A stretch of DNA of 64,000 nucleotides from contig OZ024743.1 of assembly GCA_964016885.1 (NCBI GenBank), positions 147,436,001-147,500,000 on the forward strand, given 5' to 3'. This DNA comes from Eledone cirrhosa. Lineage: Eukaryota. Made by a program: the position numbers and the translations under genes. The notes beneath the pieces were generated by a model that made no database searches, was not told the DNA's origin, and saw nothing but the letters and a program-made list of their open reading frames with translations. Positions 12,424-24,436 of the stretch are shown here, piece by piece; position 1 is the stretch's first letter; the number at the start of each line of letters is the position of its first letter.

Positions 12424-13118
12424 TACTAACATATATACACAGATGCATACCTATGCCAGCAAATATATAGGTTTTGTCTTAGTAACTTTGTGGTTCAATG
12501 CATGGGGATGCAGAACAATAATATGAAAGACGTAAAATAAGAAAATTATAAAAATTAACTTACTTACTAAAATTTCACTCCAACTAATTAGTTTCTGAAA
12601 GGGAATAAACATGGTTTCCGAAGAAACGCACGGAGAAGACCTTTCGTCATCGGGGAAGTCTATTCTCAGCTAAGTTTCCAGGCAATGCGTGGATACAGGG
12701 AACTTATACAAAAATAATTCAGTGGATGGAAAAAAGCAAAGCGTGGACTAAGTTCCAAGACCTTGAAAAAATCACTGCCTACTCGGTCGGTGGCAAATTC
12801 AAAAGAATCAATCATGTGACATCGACGTTAATCAGTGAGGAGTGGTTTGTTAAGAAGACAGCAGCCGAACCATTACTATGAACTATAGTAGCAGTTTTGG
12901 CAAATTTTGGCTCAACAAAATAATTTGGAGATAATTATAAAGAATTAGTATATCTACTAACATATATATACAGATGCATACCTATGCCAGCACATATATA
13001 GGTTTTGTCTTAGTAACTGTGTGGTTCAATGCATGGGGATGCAGAACAATAATATGAAAGACGTAAATTTTAGTAAGTAAGTTAATTTTTATAATTTTCT
13101 TATTTTACGTCTTTCATA
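12424..13118. mobile_element. HHR fold-back element, family D, diverged subfamily (~531 bp unit plus partial repeat plus short inversion)
   Basis: 12424-12538 is repeated at 12955-13068, and 13064-13118 is inverted. Homologous to 34938-36400. Confidence 0.75.
12577..12659 (-). ncRNA. Hammerhead ribozyme, probably inactivated (CCGATGA core), family D
   Basis: Reverse strand: acttcc-CCGATGA-c gaaagg...cctttc a-GAAA-ctaattag-TT-ggagt. Confidence 0.65.
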
Positions 13119-13176
13119 TATATATATAACTTTCTGTATATATAAATATATATGTATATATATATAAATATATATG

Positions 13177-13277
<101 letters not shown>

Positions 13278-13665
13278 GTGTGCGTCTGTGTATGCATCTG
13301 CGTGTGTGTGTACGTGTTTATACGATGCACCTATATATAAATGTTTTAAATGGATGAGATTATATTCATTCATCCCATATTTCTATTTCTATACAGGACT
13401 ATACTAAACGATTCAAATGGACTCAGCTCTGAATCACTACAGACACTGTCCCCTATTTGAACTCTAAAACATAATACTATGTAAAATCTGAATAATATAT
13501 TACGAATATATATTTAGAAGGGAGTAAACCGAAACGAATGGACAGATCGTAACAATGACGACGGAGAGACGGGATAATAATTATTGACCGTTGAATGAAT
13601 GACAAGAAAGGAAATGAGAATACTGAAACTTAAATGTATAAGATATCAATGTTAACTGATGCATG

Positions 13666-13768
13666 TCTTCTTCTTCTTCTTCTTCTTCTTCTTCTTCTTC
13701 TTCTTCTTCTTCTTCTTCTTCTTCTTCTTCTTCTTCTTCTTCTTCTTCTTCTTCTTCTTCTTCTTCTC
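13666..13768. repeat. (CTT)n microsatellite
   Basis: Pure CTT tract; another at 45000-45127. Confidence 0.95.
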
Positions 13769-14741
13769 AGGATCGAGAGTACAGAGTCCTCAGTCACGTT
13801 CTCTCAGTATCTCCACTTGAACCAACCGCCACATCAAACATTAATTTGATGCCAAATGACTAAGTTCAACATTACTGAGATGGTTTCTTGTGTTTCCTGG
13901 TATTCTTACAGCAGTTCGTTTGGGTGTTATGTTGCCTCCATTCCTGTTGTTTAACGATAACATTTACTGATATTCAACTAGATAAATTAATGAAGAGATA
14001 ATCGCTTAAATCATTGGATACTGTGAAACTACCACAGATGCTTATATATACATATATATATCTACGCTATTGCTTCATCTGGGATGGTTAGGGTGGCTTA
14101 GATTGTTTTTCGCTTAATCAGTTTCCACGCCTGGGCCAACTGTTTCTCCTTTTCTTGGCTTTTGCAGCAGCAGCTGCAAATGTGTTGTTGCTGTTGCTGC
14201 TTTCACAAACGCTCTTATTGGTGTTCTTATTGCAGTTGGTGTTATTCTTGGTGCAGTTGTTGTTGTTTTTGTTGTTGCAATTGGTGTTGGTGTTTTTGTT
14301 TATAATTATTTATTTGCTCTTGGAGTTGTTGTTGCCATATTTTTCTTCACTTGTTTCGTTGTGGCTGGTGGAGCTGTCGTTGTTCCTGCTGTTGTTGCTG
14401 TTGTTGTCGTTATTGTTTTCACTTGTTTTCTCAGCTTTCTTGGTGCTGTTGTTGCAGTTGTTGTTGGTGTTATTGTCATTATGCCGGTTTATGCTCTCAT
14501 TTGTTGGCCCTGTTGTCAGACAGAACGTTTTCAAAAGATATATATAATGTTTAAATATTTGGGCCCAAGATCCACATATTATGAGGAGTCCCTTGAAGAC
14601 CAAGACTAAAGTCTTATTCCCCAATTGAAACTAAAATATTAACAACAAATGTATTTAAACAAGTTTAAATAACAAACCTACACGAAATCACAATCCTACG
14701 TCTTTTCCCTTCAAACACCAGGCATGTATTAGAAATAATAA

Positions 14742-14870
14742 CGTTTTCTACTTACGATCCCGTAAGGATGAAAGGCAAAGCTAACTTTGGCGGGGTTTGA
14801 ACTCAGAACGTAAATGGCCGTAACTCTATACCACGAAACATTGTTTCCAACGCTCTAGTGGTATTGTCAA
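14742..14870 (-). mobile_element. SINE copy with internal deletion
   Basis: ..gatcccgtaaggatgaaaggcaaagctaactttggcggggtttgaactcag.. Confidence 0.75.
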
Positions 14871-15283
14871 CCAACCCCCTTGAATAATAATAAAATGACC
14901 GCCCAAGTTGTAACAATGCAACCCTTCTACGCATTAGGGAGCATAGAGACTGGTAATGCCTGATGGCTGTCAGAACGTCAATAATAGCATCCAACGACTT
15001 ACCTCACATTTACTGGAAGATGAAGATAAAGATGATTATATGCTAATATGTTTATGCATATTATATCACATGATAATTCTCCCCCTCAAAACATTTTCAC
15101 TGGTAGCGGTCAGTTCTGGAAATTGTCCTTTCATTGAGGGCGTCTCTTGACAAGCCGATATCCTCACAACCCGAGGCCCGAGTGCATTTTAGTTGCACTT
15201 TCGCTGTATACCAACTGTGCAGTCGGGACTTCGAAGAAAAATTATGTATATTTTTGTGTATTTGCTCTTCACACTTATAATTG

Positions 15284-15353
<70 letters not shown>

Positions 15354-15422
15354 TATGAAGAGAGAAGAAACATTTAGATATAATTAGTAATAAAATGTAT
15401 CATACCTAAACTGCTCCTAGAT

Positions 15423-15512
15423 TCCTCGACTACGTAGTTTCGTGGCATAAACAAAAACAATACATCATAAAGATATAGAGTCCTTGCGAGGTCTGCCGAC
15501 TTATCAAGAGGA
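15423..15512 (-). ncRNA. Hammerhead ribozyme, U3-A8 core variant (family E, left arm)
   Basis: Reverse complement of 16114-16203. Confidence 0.75.
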
Positions 15513-16113
15513 TACCTCATTTTACTAGTCTCAAGAACGCGTCTACACGACGTGAGAAAGAATCCCAAAAGGCGGAGGGGGAGATAGTCACGCGATATAA
15601 CGGTCGAGAAACAGAACTAAGCCTCTTATAACCCCGAAGAAAATACCACGAAGGCGGAGGGGGTATTTATATCGAAGCCGTAGAAGAGGTGGTGAAGGGG
15701 GCGAGAAGTATGAGTAATGGAAGCTTTCCAGCAGTCCCCACACTTCAAAGATTGCTCGAGCAGAGGGAGTTATTAACAATATATTTAGAAACACACAGAT
15801 ACATGCGGACACACACATATACATGAATGCATCCGCACCCAACCGTGAGTTAAGGGTGCCAACTTCACCGATGTTGCTCAATGAATGACTGGGACAGACC
15901 AATCCGGTTGAACTAGACTGAACCAGTATCAGAGTTAAAAATACATTATGAAAAGAGAAGAAACATTTAGATATAATTAGTAATAAAATGTATCATACCT
16001 AAACTGCTCCTAGATTCCTCGACTACGTAGTTTCGTGACTATCTCCCCCTCCGCCTTTTGGGATTCTTTCTCACGTCGTCTAGACGCGTTCTTGAGACTA
16101 GTAAAATGAGGTA

Positions 16114-16203
16114 TCCTCTTGATAAGTCGGCAGACCTCGCAAGGACTCTATATCTTTATGATGTATTGTTTTTGTTTATGCCACGAAACTACGTAGTCGA
16201 GGA
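16114..16203 (+). ncRNA. Hammerhead ribozyme, U3-A8 core variant (family E)
   Basis: tcctc-TTGATAA-gt(c)ggca...tgccac-GAAA-ctacgtag-TC-gagga; GUC site; palindromic stem III. Confidence 0.75.
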
Positions 16204-16706
16204 ATCTAGGAGCAGTTTAGGTATGATACATTTTATTACTAATTATATCTAAATTTTTGTTCTCTCTTCATAATGTATTTTTAACTCTGATACTGGTTCA
16301 GTCTAGTTCAACCGGATTGGTCTGTCCCAGTCATTCATTGAGCAACATCGGTGAAGTTGGCACCCTTAACTCACGGTTGGGTGCGGATGCATTCATGTAT
16401 ATGTGTGTGTCCGCATGTATCTGTGTGTTTCTAAATATATTGTTAATAACTCCCTCTGCTCGAGCAATCTTTGAAGTGTGGGGACTGCTGGAAAGCTTCC
16501 ATTACTCATACTTCTCTCCTCCTTCACCACTTCTTCTACGGCTTCGATATAAATACCCCCTCCGCCTTCGTGGTATTTTCGTCGGGGTTATAAGAGGCTT
16601 AGCTCTGTTTCTCGACCGTTATATCGCGTGACTATCTCCCCCTCCGCCTTTTGGGATTCTTTCTCACGTCGTGTAGACGCGTTCTTGAGACTAGTAAAAT
16701 GAGGTA

Positions 16707-16789
16707 TCCTCTTGATAAGACCTCGCAAGGACTCTATATCTTTATGATGTATTGTTTTTGTTTATGCCACGAAACTACGTAGTCGAGGA
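16707..16789 (+). ncRNA. Family E hammerhead copy with a 7-nt deletion in stem II
   Basis: TTGATAAgacctc versus TTGATAAgtcggcagacctc in the other copies. Confidence 0.55.
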
Positions 16790-17020
16790 ATCTAGGAGCA
16801 GTTTAGGTATGATACATTTTATTACTAATTATATCTAAATGTTTCTTCTCTCTTCATAATGTATTTTTAACTCTGATACTGGTTCAGTCTAGTTCAATCG
16901 GATTGGTCTGTCCCAGTCATTCATTGAGCAACATCGGTGAAGTTGGCACCCTTAACTCACGGTTGGGTGCGGATGCATTCATGTATATGTGTGTGTCCGC
17001 ATGTATCTGTGTGTTTCTAA

Positions 17021-17097
<77 letters not shown>

Positions 17098-17099
<2 letters not shown>

Positions 17100-17420
17100 G
17101 ATATTAAACAAATGGAAACTATATTTATAAAACCATATTTATTTCATTATACATATTTCGGGGATACCATATTAAAAATATGGCATGCCTTCTACAGATA
17201 AATACAATATATAAACAGTTCTATAAATAATTTTGACGTACCATAAATATTGACCAACCGTTATGTAAGAAGCTGGTTTGGTAGTATAATGAAATAAATA
17301 TGGTTTTATAAATATAGTTTCCATTTGTTTAATATCGTATATCTACTCCAAAACTTGTCGAGTGCTTTATATCAGTTATAAAATATTTACTTGTCACCCA
17401 ACAATTTTATATAAAACTTT

Positions 17421-17423
<3 letters not shown>
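17098..17423. mobile_element. Degenerate pLTR-like fold-back with a damaged HHR (17143-17204, minus)
   Basis: 17098-17152 is inverted at 17284-17340. Reverse strand: atttat-CTGTAGA-..stem II..-GAAA-tatgta-TA-atgaa. Flanked by (TA)n. Confidence 0.6.
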
Positions 17424-17486
<63 letters not shown>

Positions 17487-17631
17487 ACCAAATGTTAAAC
17501 AAGATTCATTGATTATTCAATGAATGTAGTTTTACAATAGATTAAAAGCACTCAACAAAGAAGTTTTCTGGAGTTATTAATATTATTCAAAATATTAATA
17601 AATGGAGACATTCACGTAATCAAAATATATG

Positions 17632-17693
17632 TTTTATTATATATATTTCGGAGGTACTGTGCTGTTTCTTCAGTACGTCCTCATCAGATAAAA
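17632..17693 (-). ncRNA. Type I hammerhead ribozyme in the inverted pLTR
   Basis: Reverse-complement copy of 19710-19771. Confidence 0.8.
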
Positions 17694-18066
17694 TACATAA
17701 ATTGATGTATGACATACCTCAACTGTGCTGATAGTTCAATTCCAATCTTGGCAGTGTTTTATTACAATAAAACTCAATATTTATATACCACAAGTAATAA
17801 CATGACAAACTAAATCTGATGGAGAGGGATATGTAGCGAAAGCTTTCTTACTCAACAACCATGAATGTGGCTCAAAATATTGCAAAAATTAATAACGGTA
17901 TTATTAATTCAAACCAACATATAATTAGCGATAATATCAATAATAATAATAATAATACAATAGTTATTGAGAATAACAATAACAATAATTTAAACACATA
18001 TTGTAGAACACCTACAAATATTAACAATGATAGTATGAACAGTTTAGATTATAGAAATAGCATGAA

Positions 18067-18500
18067 TTGAACTGTAACTGTAGAAGGAAATCTGAATGCC
18101 ATTTACAAAATAACTGCCTTGATAAGAATTTAGTATATAAATGTACCATTAAAACAGATAATAATATTACTTATAACTACATAGGTGCAACTTCATCGAA
18201 CTTTAAACTTTGCTTTTCCAATCATAAACATTCATTTTCTAATCCAGATAAAAAAAATTTTCTACTTCATTATCACAATTAATATGGTCTTTAAAAGAGA
18301 AAAGTATGAAATACTCAATTTCTTGGATTAAACTTAGAAACTCTGAATCGTATCGGAACGATTCCATTTCACCAAACTGCAATCTTTGCAATTTAGAGAT
18401 TAATAATTGCTAATTATGGTAATTCTTTTAATAAAAAAAGTGAGTTATTTTCAAATTGCCTCCATAAATCTGCAAAAACATTTCAAGCATCATATAAATT
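18067..18500 (+). pseudogene. Penelope-type GIY-YIG endonuclease remnant
   Basis: CNCRRKSECHLQNNCL..LVYKC..YIGATSSNFK..NHKHSF. After a frameshift it continues with LIWSLKEK..YSISW..CNLCNLE. Confidence 0.8.
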
Positions 18501-19709
18501 TAGGAAAAAACCATTGACTGAGTGAGAAAAGATATTGACTTTTATTAATAATTCTTGTTATTATTAGTATTATGTAAAATGTTTTACCTCACCTTAGGAA
18601 ATGCATATCGTTTCTTTTATATAGTAAGTTATTTCTTGATTGACTAAATACGTTTAGTTTGGTTTTAGAATCATCTTTTTATGACTTGAATTTTCTAAAT
18701 TTGAGGTCTGAAATACCTTCAGGCTTTCAAACCTTTTAGTTAATTTAAATGTTTAGATATGTTGTACGGAGCTCATTTGTTTACATTTATCGTGTATAAT
18801 TTTCGTTTTATCCAAATTGATTAATAATCTGTATTTAACTTGATCTATATTATTGAATACAGTAAGATTTGGTTGAATCGAAATAATAATACTTTCAAGA
18901 GTAAATATAACTAATAATTAATCCTATATGTAATTGACAACTATTGATTTAAATAGTATTGTTTATAATATTTATAATTCTAAACATTATATAAAATGCA
19001 TATACAGATGTTGATATGCAATTAAGTTATGATAAATACTCTCATACTTATTTACTATATTTGTAAACATCATTGGTACTTAATAATGTTTCTGAATTTG
19101 AATTTTGTAACTAAATATTGAATATATTTATTAATTTATCATTGATCATCATTGAAACTATTTTATATTGTTTAATTTTGATATAATATAATAGTATAAT
19201 TTTCTCAAATATAACCAAATACAATAGATTAAAAATTTCACGATATTTAATTGATCGCTTCTACCTAACTTAATATTTGATAAAAAAACAAACGGCCACG
19301 CATCATGTCCCTTTCTTCTTTCTTTCTTCTTTATCTCTTTTCCTTATGCAGTTATATATTCTTATATCTCTATCTCCCTCCTTTTTATCTTCATCTTTTT
19401 CTCTTTTTCTCTTTTCTCTTCTATTTAGCACTCTCTCTCTTTTGTCTTTTTCTCTAACACGGATATTTACATATTTAAATATTTAATATTTATGTACTTA
19501 TGTGTTTATTTTTTTTGTTTATTCTATACTTTCTCCTACTCGCCCCCTCCTAATACTTATATCTCGCTACATATCCCTCTCCATCATATTTAGTTTGTCA
19601 TGTTATTACTTGTGGTATATAAATATTAAGTTTTGTTGTAATAAATCACTGCCAAGACTGGAATTGAACCATCAGAACAGTTGAGGTATGTCATACATCA
19701 ATTTATGTA

Positions 19710-19771
19710 TTTTATCTGATGAGGACGTACTGAAAAAACAGCACAGTACCTCCGAAATATATATAATAAAA
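19710..19771 (+). ncRNA. Type I hammerhead ribozyme in the PLE 3' pLTR
   Basis: ttttat-CTGATGA-gga c gtactg..cagtac c tcc-GAAA-tatata-TA-ataaaa. Confidence 0.85.
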
Positions 19772-20199
19772 CATATATTTTGATTACGTGAATGTCTCCA
19801 TTTATTAATATTTTGAATAATATTATATATATATATATAAGTATCCACATACAACTATCTATTTATGAAATTTATTCAGACATACACAAAATATGCTGAT
19901 ATAAAGAGCATTGTGTGCATGTAGGTACATAATCTTATATGCATAGAAGAATCAAATTGTGTTCTTCCGTAAAAAGTAATAATTGTTATTGTATGTGCCT
20001 TACAATTATGTCGATTGTGGTCTTACATATTGAGAATACTCTAGAGGTTTTAGTTTTTCAAAGGTCCTCAGTGGAAATTCATTTTCAGGGCTCATATTTG
20101 ATAATTTATAAGAGATAACTAAGAATATCTAATCGATCCGCGGGTTCGAATGGTCGCTCGTTTGTTCCAACTACCCTTCAACGGATAAGGAATAGAGAG

Positions 20200-20520
20200 A
20201 GGCAAGGCTTGAAATATGATGTGCTTTGGAGTACTTTGAAGAAGTGATCAGTACTATGGATCTTGAACACGAGAGCTCATTTCACTAGCAGCAAGTGCAA
20301 CATACCGCAGAAACGTTGTGTTCTAAACATATTTGGAAACTGGGCGTCAAAAGAGAGACCAGCAACATCTCATTAGCAATGTTAGATAAAGTACAGCCAT
20401 TCACGGAACAATCAGACTGCTACGAACGCTGTTCGACGGCGAAACTTCACATCCACTACCACTCTATTTTTATCGTGATTATAAACAACGAATTAATTTT
20501 GAGTTCATATCACTTACACA
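20200..20520 (+). pseudogene. Highly degenerate second PLE GIY-YIG C-terminal remnant
   Basis: ETLCSKHIWKL..ISLAMLDKVQPF..CYERCSTAKLHI resembles the PLE motif T.LSKHIW.L..I.W.IL..C.LC..EK..I. Confidence 0.5.
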
Positions 20521-21001
20521 AATCCATTTCCAATAATTTCAGAAATGGAGCCACAGAAGGCAAACAAAAGCCGACGAACTACATCGCTTATACAGTCAAT
20601 AGATTATATGCTGCATAGGTATATCAATACACCCTGTATTTGTTACCAGTAGTATGGTCGAGAGCCACATACGGAAAATGGGAAATTTAAATTATTAACG
20701 TTTTGCATTACAAAATTGCAGAATTAAAACATAATATTCAAATATGATATATTTACCTTCTGGCATATATGTTTTTACCTCCAGAGGGTAAATGTTATTC
20801 TGCTTATGAATTCTTGGCCTGCAGTTATTCTTTTCCTACAGTACATTTGGCTATTGGACTGACTAAAGAAAATCATGCACACTCTCACGTACTTACACAT
20901 ATATGAATATATATATATATATGTATGATATATATAAAGTTTAAATATTTGGGCCCAAGATATATATATATATGTATAGTGAAATAAGATATATATATAT
21001 G

Positions 21002-21079
<78 letters not shown>

Positions 21080-22605
21080 AAGGAAACACGAAACGAACGA
21101 AGAAGAGGATGCTATAGCATGAAGTGTATTAGTTTCACGCTTGGAGGAAACCGAATGAGTTAGGTAATCAGGGTATTGGTCATTTGTCTTTCATCAGGAA
21201 TAACAAAATAGGAAAATTGCAAACAAAATAACTTTAAGGAATAAAAAAAATACAAATAATAGTTTGTTAAAATGAAGTTATAAAGAAAAATACAAAGATA
21301 AAAATATAAAAAAGAAGAGGGTGTAGTGATGTGGGGTGGAGATGAGTTTGGCAGACGTGCTGTGGGTGGGCGGGTGTATGGAGTACACATTAAGATGCGT
21401 TTGCGTATGTGTGGGTGTTAAATGTGTTGTTGGTGGACGTATGTGTTCATACATAAGTGTGAGCGTGTATATATGCTGGTATGTGTGTTTGGCAGAGATG
21501 TGTGATTGTTGGTGTATATAGTGTGTGCGTGTGCGTATGTAAGTGTGTATTGTGTGGTTAAATTTATAGTTGTATGCGTGTACGCGTATGTACGAGTAAG
21601 TAGTTGTGTGAGTTTACGAGTCTAGTAAGATCTAAGATTGGTAGAATCGAGATAGGTTCATGGTTGGTTAAGGTAGGTTCAAGGTTGGTAAGTCAAAAGT
21701 CAAGAAGGCCGTAGTAAAATGGAATAGAGAAAGGAATTGTGGGTAGTTGTTGGGTGTGTGTGTGTGGGGGAGAAGAGATAGGTGCTAGGGGTGTGTTATA
21801 TACAGCGGTCAGAAAGAGTCTAAGGGACGGAGGTTGAAAGAGTATGTGGTTGGTACGGGAGGAAGTGGTGTGAGCGAGTCAATATCGTATGGAGTAGGGG
21901 TGGTGATGGTAGTGCATATGTATATGTATATTTGTATATATATAAACATATGCATTATCATCTTATAGGCTGACCCAGATAGAATATACAAAACGAATGG
22001 ATTGATAAACTATTTCTATATTTCCAACAAGCCCATCTGCGATCACATTGTGATACACTTAATGATGAATTAGGACTTATATGGGCTTAATATATTTGTT
22101 ATTGCATTTAATATAAAATGAAAAACAATCCACATAGGGAGATTTCACTTCTTTTCAAGTCTAGAACATGTGAAACTGTATAAATATGTTTATCATGCTT
22201 TTGGGAGGAACTTGAATATTCTCTGCATACCTTTTCTTTTTAAACATACTTTTATTTGTATGTGTGCGACATTTTGAATTGTCCCATTAGTGTAATTTCG
22301 ATATTTCCGTATTCTAAACTCTATTTGAATTTTTCTCCGTATTTTAAAGGTTTGCTTTGAAGATTCTTGCTTTCAAGAATTCTATATTATTTTCACAGTT
22401 GGTGATACTTGTAGGGTTGTATAAATAATGTCCCTATGATATCTGTTCTTAAATCTCATTATACAAAATAGGAGTAGATGAGAGAGAAAGAAAAGCTTGG
22501 ATGAAAACAACTAAAACAAATGTTAGTTCTACTGTGTAACTTAATTTCATAAATAATATTTATGGAATAATGTTTTATGCAAACATATTGGTAATAATTA
22601 TGTGA

Positions 22606-22755
22606 TAATTGTTTCTACTTTTGGCACAAGGCCAGCAATTACTCAGCGCATTACTGGTGCTTTATTTTATCGATCCCGTAAGGATGAAAGGCAAAGCTAA
22701 CCTCGGCGAGATTTGAACTAAGAACGTAAAGGGACATAACTCTATGCGGTAAGCA
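22606..22755 (-). mobile_element. SINE copy (5' truncated)
   Basis: Same family body as 6253-6435. Confidence 0.8.
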
Positions 22756-22764
22756 TGCATACAA

Positions 22765-23245
22765 TGTTTGCTGCAACTGTGGTGCTACTGGGAGTCGTGA
22801 AGAACGAGGGAGACGTCATGCCTCCTCGCTTCTTTCCTCAGAGCTTCAGGGCCAATGCTTCTGACTATAAGGAGGTGTTGGGATGGTTGTGAGGCCTTTC
22901 AAAGAGACAGGAAGTATCGGAAAACCGTACCCATACCAACAAAATTCTGTGCTGTATCATAAGGTCAAAACGACTCTATTATGGATGAATTAAAATCCCC
23001 ATCAACATGTCACCCCAAATATTTGTCCTCCTAGCTCACCAGAAATAAGTCCGTTGAACTACTACGTATGAGTCGTAGTCGAGAGGGAAGCCAATCTACG
23101 TCCCCAAAACACTATAACATTTCTGTAATTTGCCATTTCTAGCCCAATGTCCAAAATAGTGAAATATCGTCTGGTTCGGGCATATCCTCATTTCAGATCT
23201 CATTTGGAAGCACTCATGGAAGCTAACGGCGGATTCTTTGCGTAG
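22765..23245 (+). mobile_element. Degenerate Tc1/mariner-superfamily transposase fragment (DD37D/maT-like)
   Basis: Manual translation: VLLGVVKNEGDVMPPRFF..YQQNS..H..CPPSSPEISPLNYYV (WPPSSPDLNPLDY-like), with stops and frameshifts. Confidence 0.7.
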
Positions 23246-24015
23246 ATGCTTTGAGAAGATGCTAATTTCTTAACATGCTAATTTGATTTCTAATAAAGCT
23301 CTTTTTGATGGCATATGTGTCTTTTATATTCATGCATATCTCCTCAAAGAACTAAGCAACCCTGTATATGTTTATATATTTTGTGAGGAAGTAAAGCGAG
23401 AAAGAATTTGAAGGTTCCGTTAGAGATAACATTATTATTATTAAAACAAAATAACAAACAATAGGAATAAATATATAAGTAGATAAATAAATTATGTTCT
23501 GTAGAAATTAAACAGAAATTCAGAGAAAACTGAAGGAAATTTGAAAAAAAGTGAAGCAGAATTCTGCTAAATTTTGTCTGCTGCATTTGCTTTGGGAAGT
23601 TAAATTCAAATTTTAGAATTGTGTGTGCGCGCGTATGTGTGTGTGTATGTGTGTGCGCGTGACCGTGTGTGTGTGCGCGTGTGCGTGGGTGAGCGTGTGT
23701 GTGTATGTGTGCGTGTGTGTGTGTGGGTGTATGTTTGTATGTGTGAATATTTCTTGACGTGAATGTATTAGTATGTATGAAATTCTCTCTTTCTCTCTCT
23801 CTCTATATATATATATCTGTGTGTGTGTTTAGGGAACGTACAAATATTCAGTTGCATCTAATGCCAATAGCCATTCAAGGTATATGTATATAAATAAAAC
23901 GCACACACACATACACACACATTTATGAATGCAGACAGAGATATCTTCATACAAAAGTACAACACATGCATTCATACATATACATACATACACACATACA
24001 TACATACGTACGTAC

Positions 24016-24436
24016 ATGGTGGCTGCCAACTCGTTTTCGAGTACGGCCACTACTTTATATCCATATAGGAGAACCCCTACCAATGCGCTGAACGAGTGTG
24101 ACTTTTTAGTCCAGCCAGTGACTTGAAAACTCTGGTACAAACACTACACCTGTGACAATTATTGACACATAGTGCTGGGCCCAAGGTACCACGTGACGAC
24201 AAGTACAGAGAGATCAGAGATCTCCAGATATAAAGCAATGCCTGTGCCGTGAAGCTTTTATAGTGAGCAAAGGCACTGCACAAAGCCAGTCCCACTGTCT
24301 TAACCAAGATAATATTTACCAAAAAGAAGAACAAGTCAACATCATTGGATACCATCAGGGTTGCAGGTGTTATATCAGAGTTTTCCTTCTCCTAGAATTC
24401 TGCCTTGACAAAGGCTAAGGGGTCATCTCTCCCAGT
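24016..24436 (-). mobile_element. Non-autonomous RTE-derived (bipartite) retroelement with (TATG)n tail
   Basis: RTE 5'UTR-like AGAAGGAAAACTCTGATATAA plus a 3' part encoding CSVCTRVFKSLAGLKSHTR. Other copies at 24948-25120, 25215-25277 and 28215-28680; diverged relatives at 33988-34505 and 55503-55745. Most are set in (TACA)n. Confidence 0.75.

Larger units (their letters stand above)
15351..17028. mobile_element. Young HHR fold-back element, family E (~593 bp unit; ~1.15 units minus, then ~1.7 units plus)
   Basis: 15351-15444 is repeated at 15944-16037. Inversion junction at about 16034-16037 (shared CGTG). The plus arm 16038-17028 holds tandem units. (TA)n on both flanks; copies are near-identical. 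Confidence 0.85.
17481..19825 (+). mobile_element. 5'-truncated Penelope-like element (GIY-YIG remnant, long 3' region, pLTR with HHR) with an inverted pLTR at its 5' side
   Basis: 17578-17839 is the reverse complement of 19563-19825. GIY-YIG-like reading frame at 18067-18500. (TA)n at both ends. Confidence 0.85.

Noticed and set aside
14585-14645. TTGAAGA...GAAA motif in a short repeat also seen near 20935
   Set aside because: Stems I and III do not pair convincingly.
15588-16631. Duplicated 104-124 aa ORFs in family E (and 69-116 aa ORFs in family D)
   Set aside because: Non-ATG starts and no recognisable domain; the duplication reflects the repeat structure.
21075-21210. CTGATGA on the minus strand in a pLTR-like fragment
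   Set aside because: No stem I/II/III closure with a downstream GAAA could be built; at most a decayed remnant.
21940-22470. Possible decayed coding sequence on the minus strand
   Set aside because: No motif could be recognised by eye; needs BLASTx.
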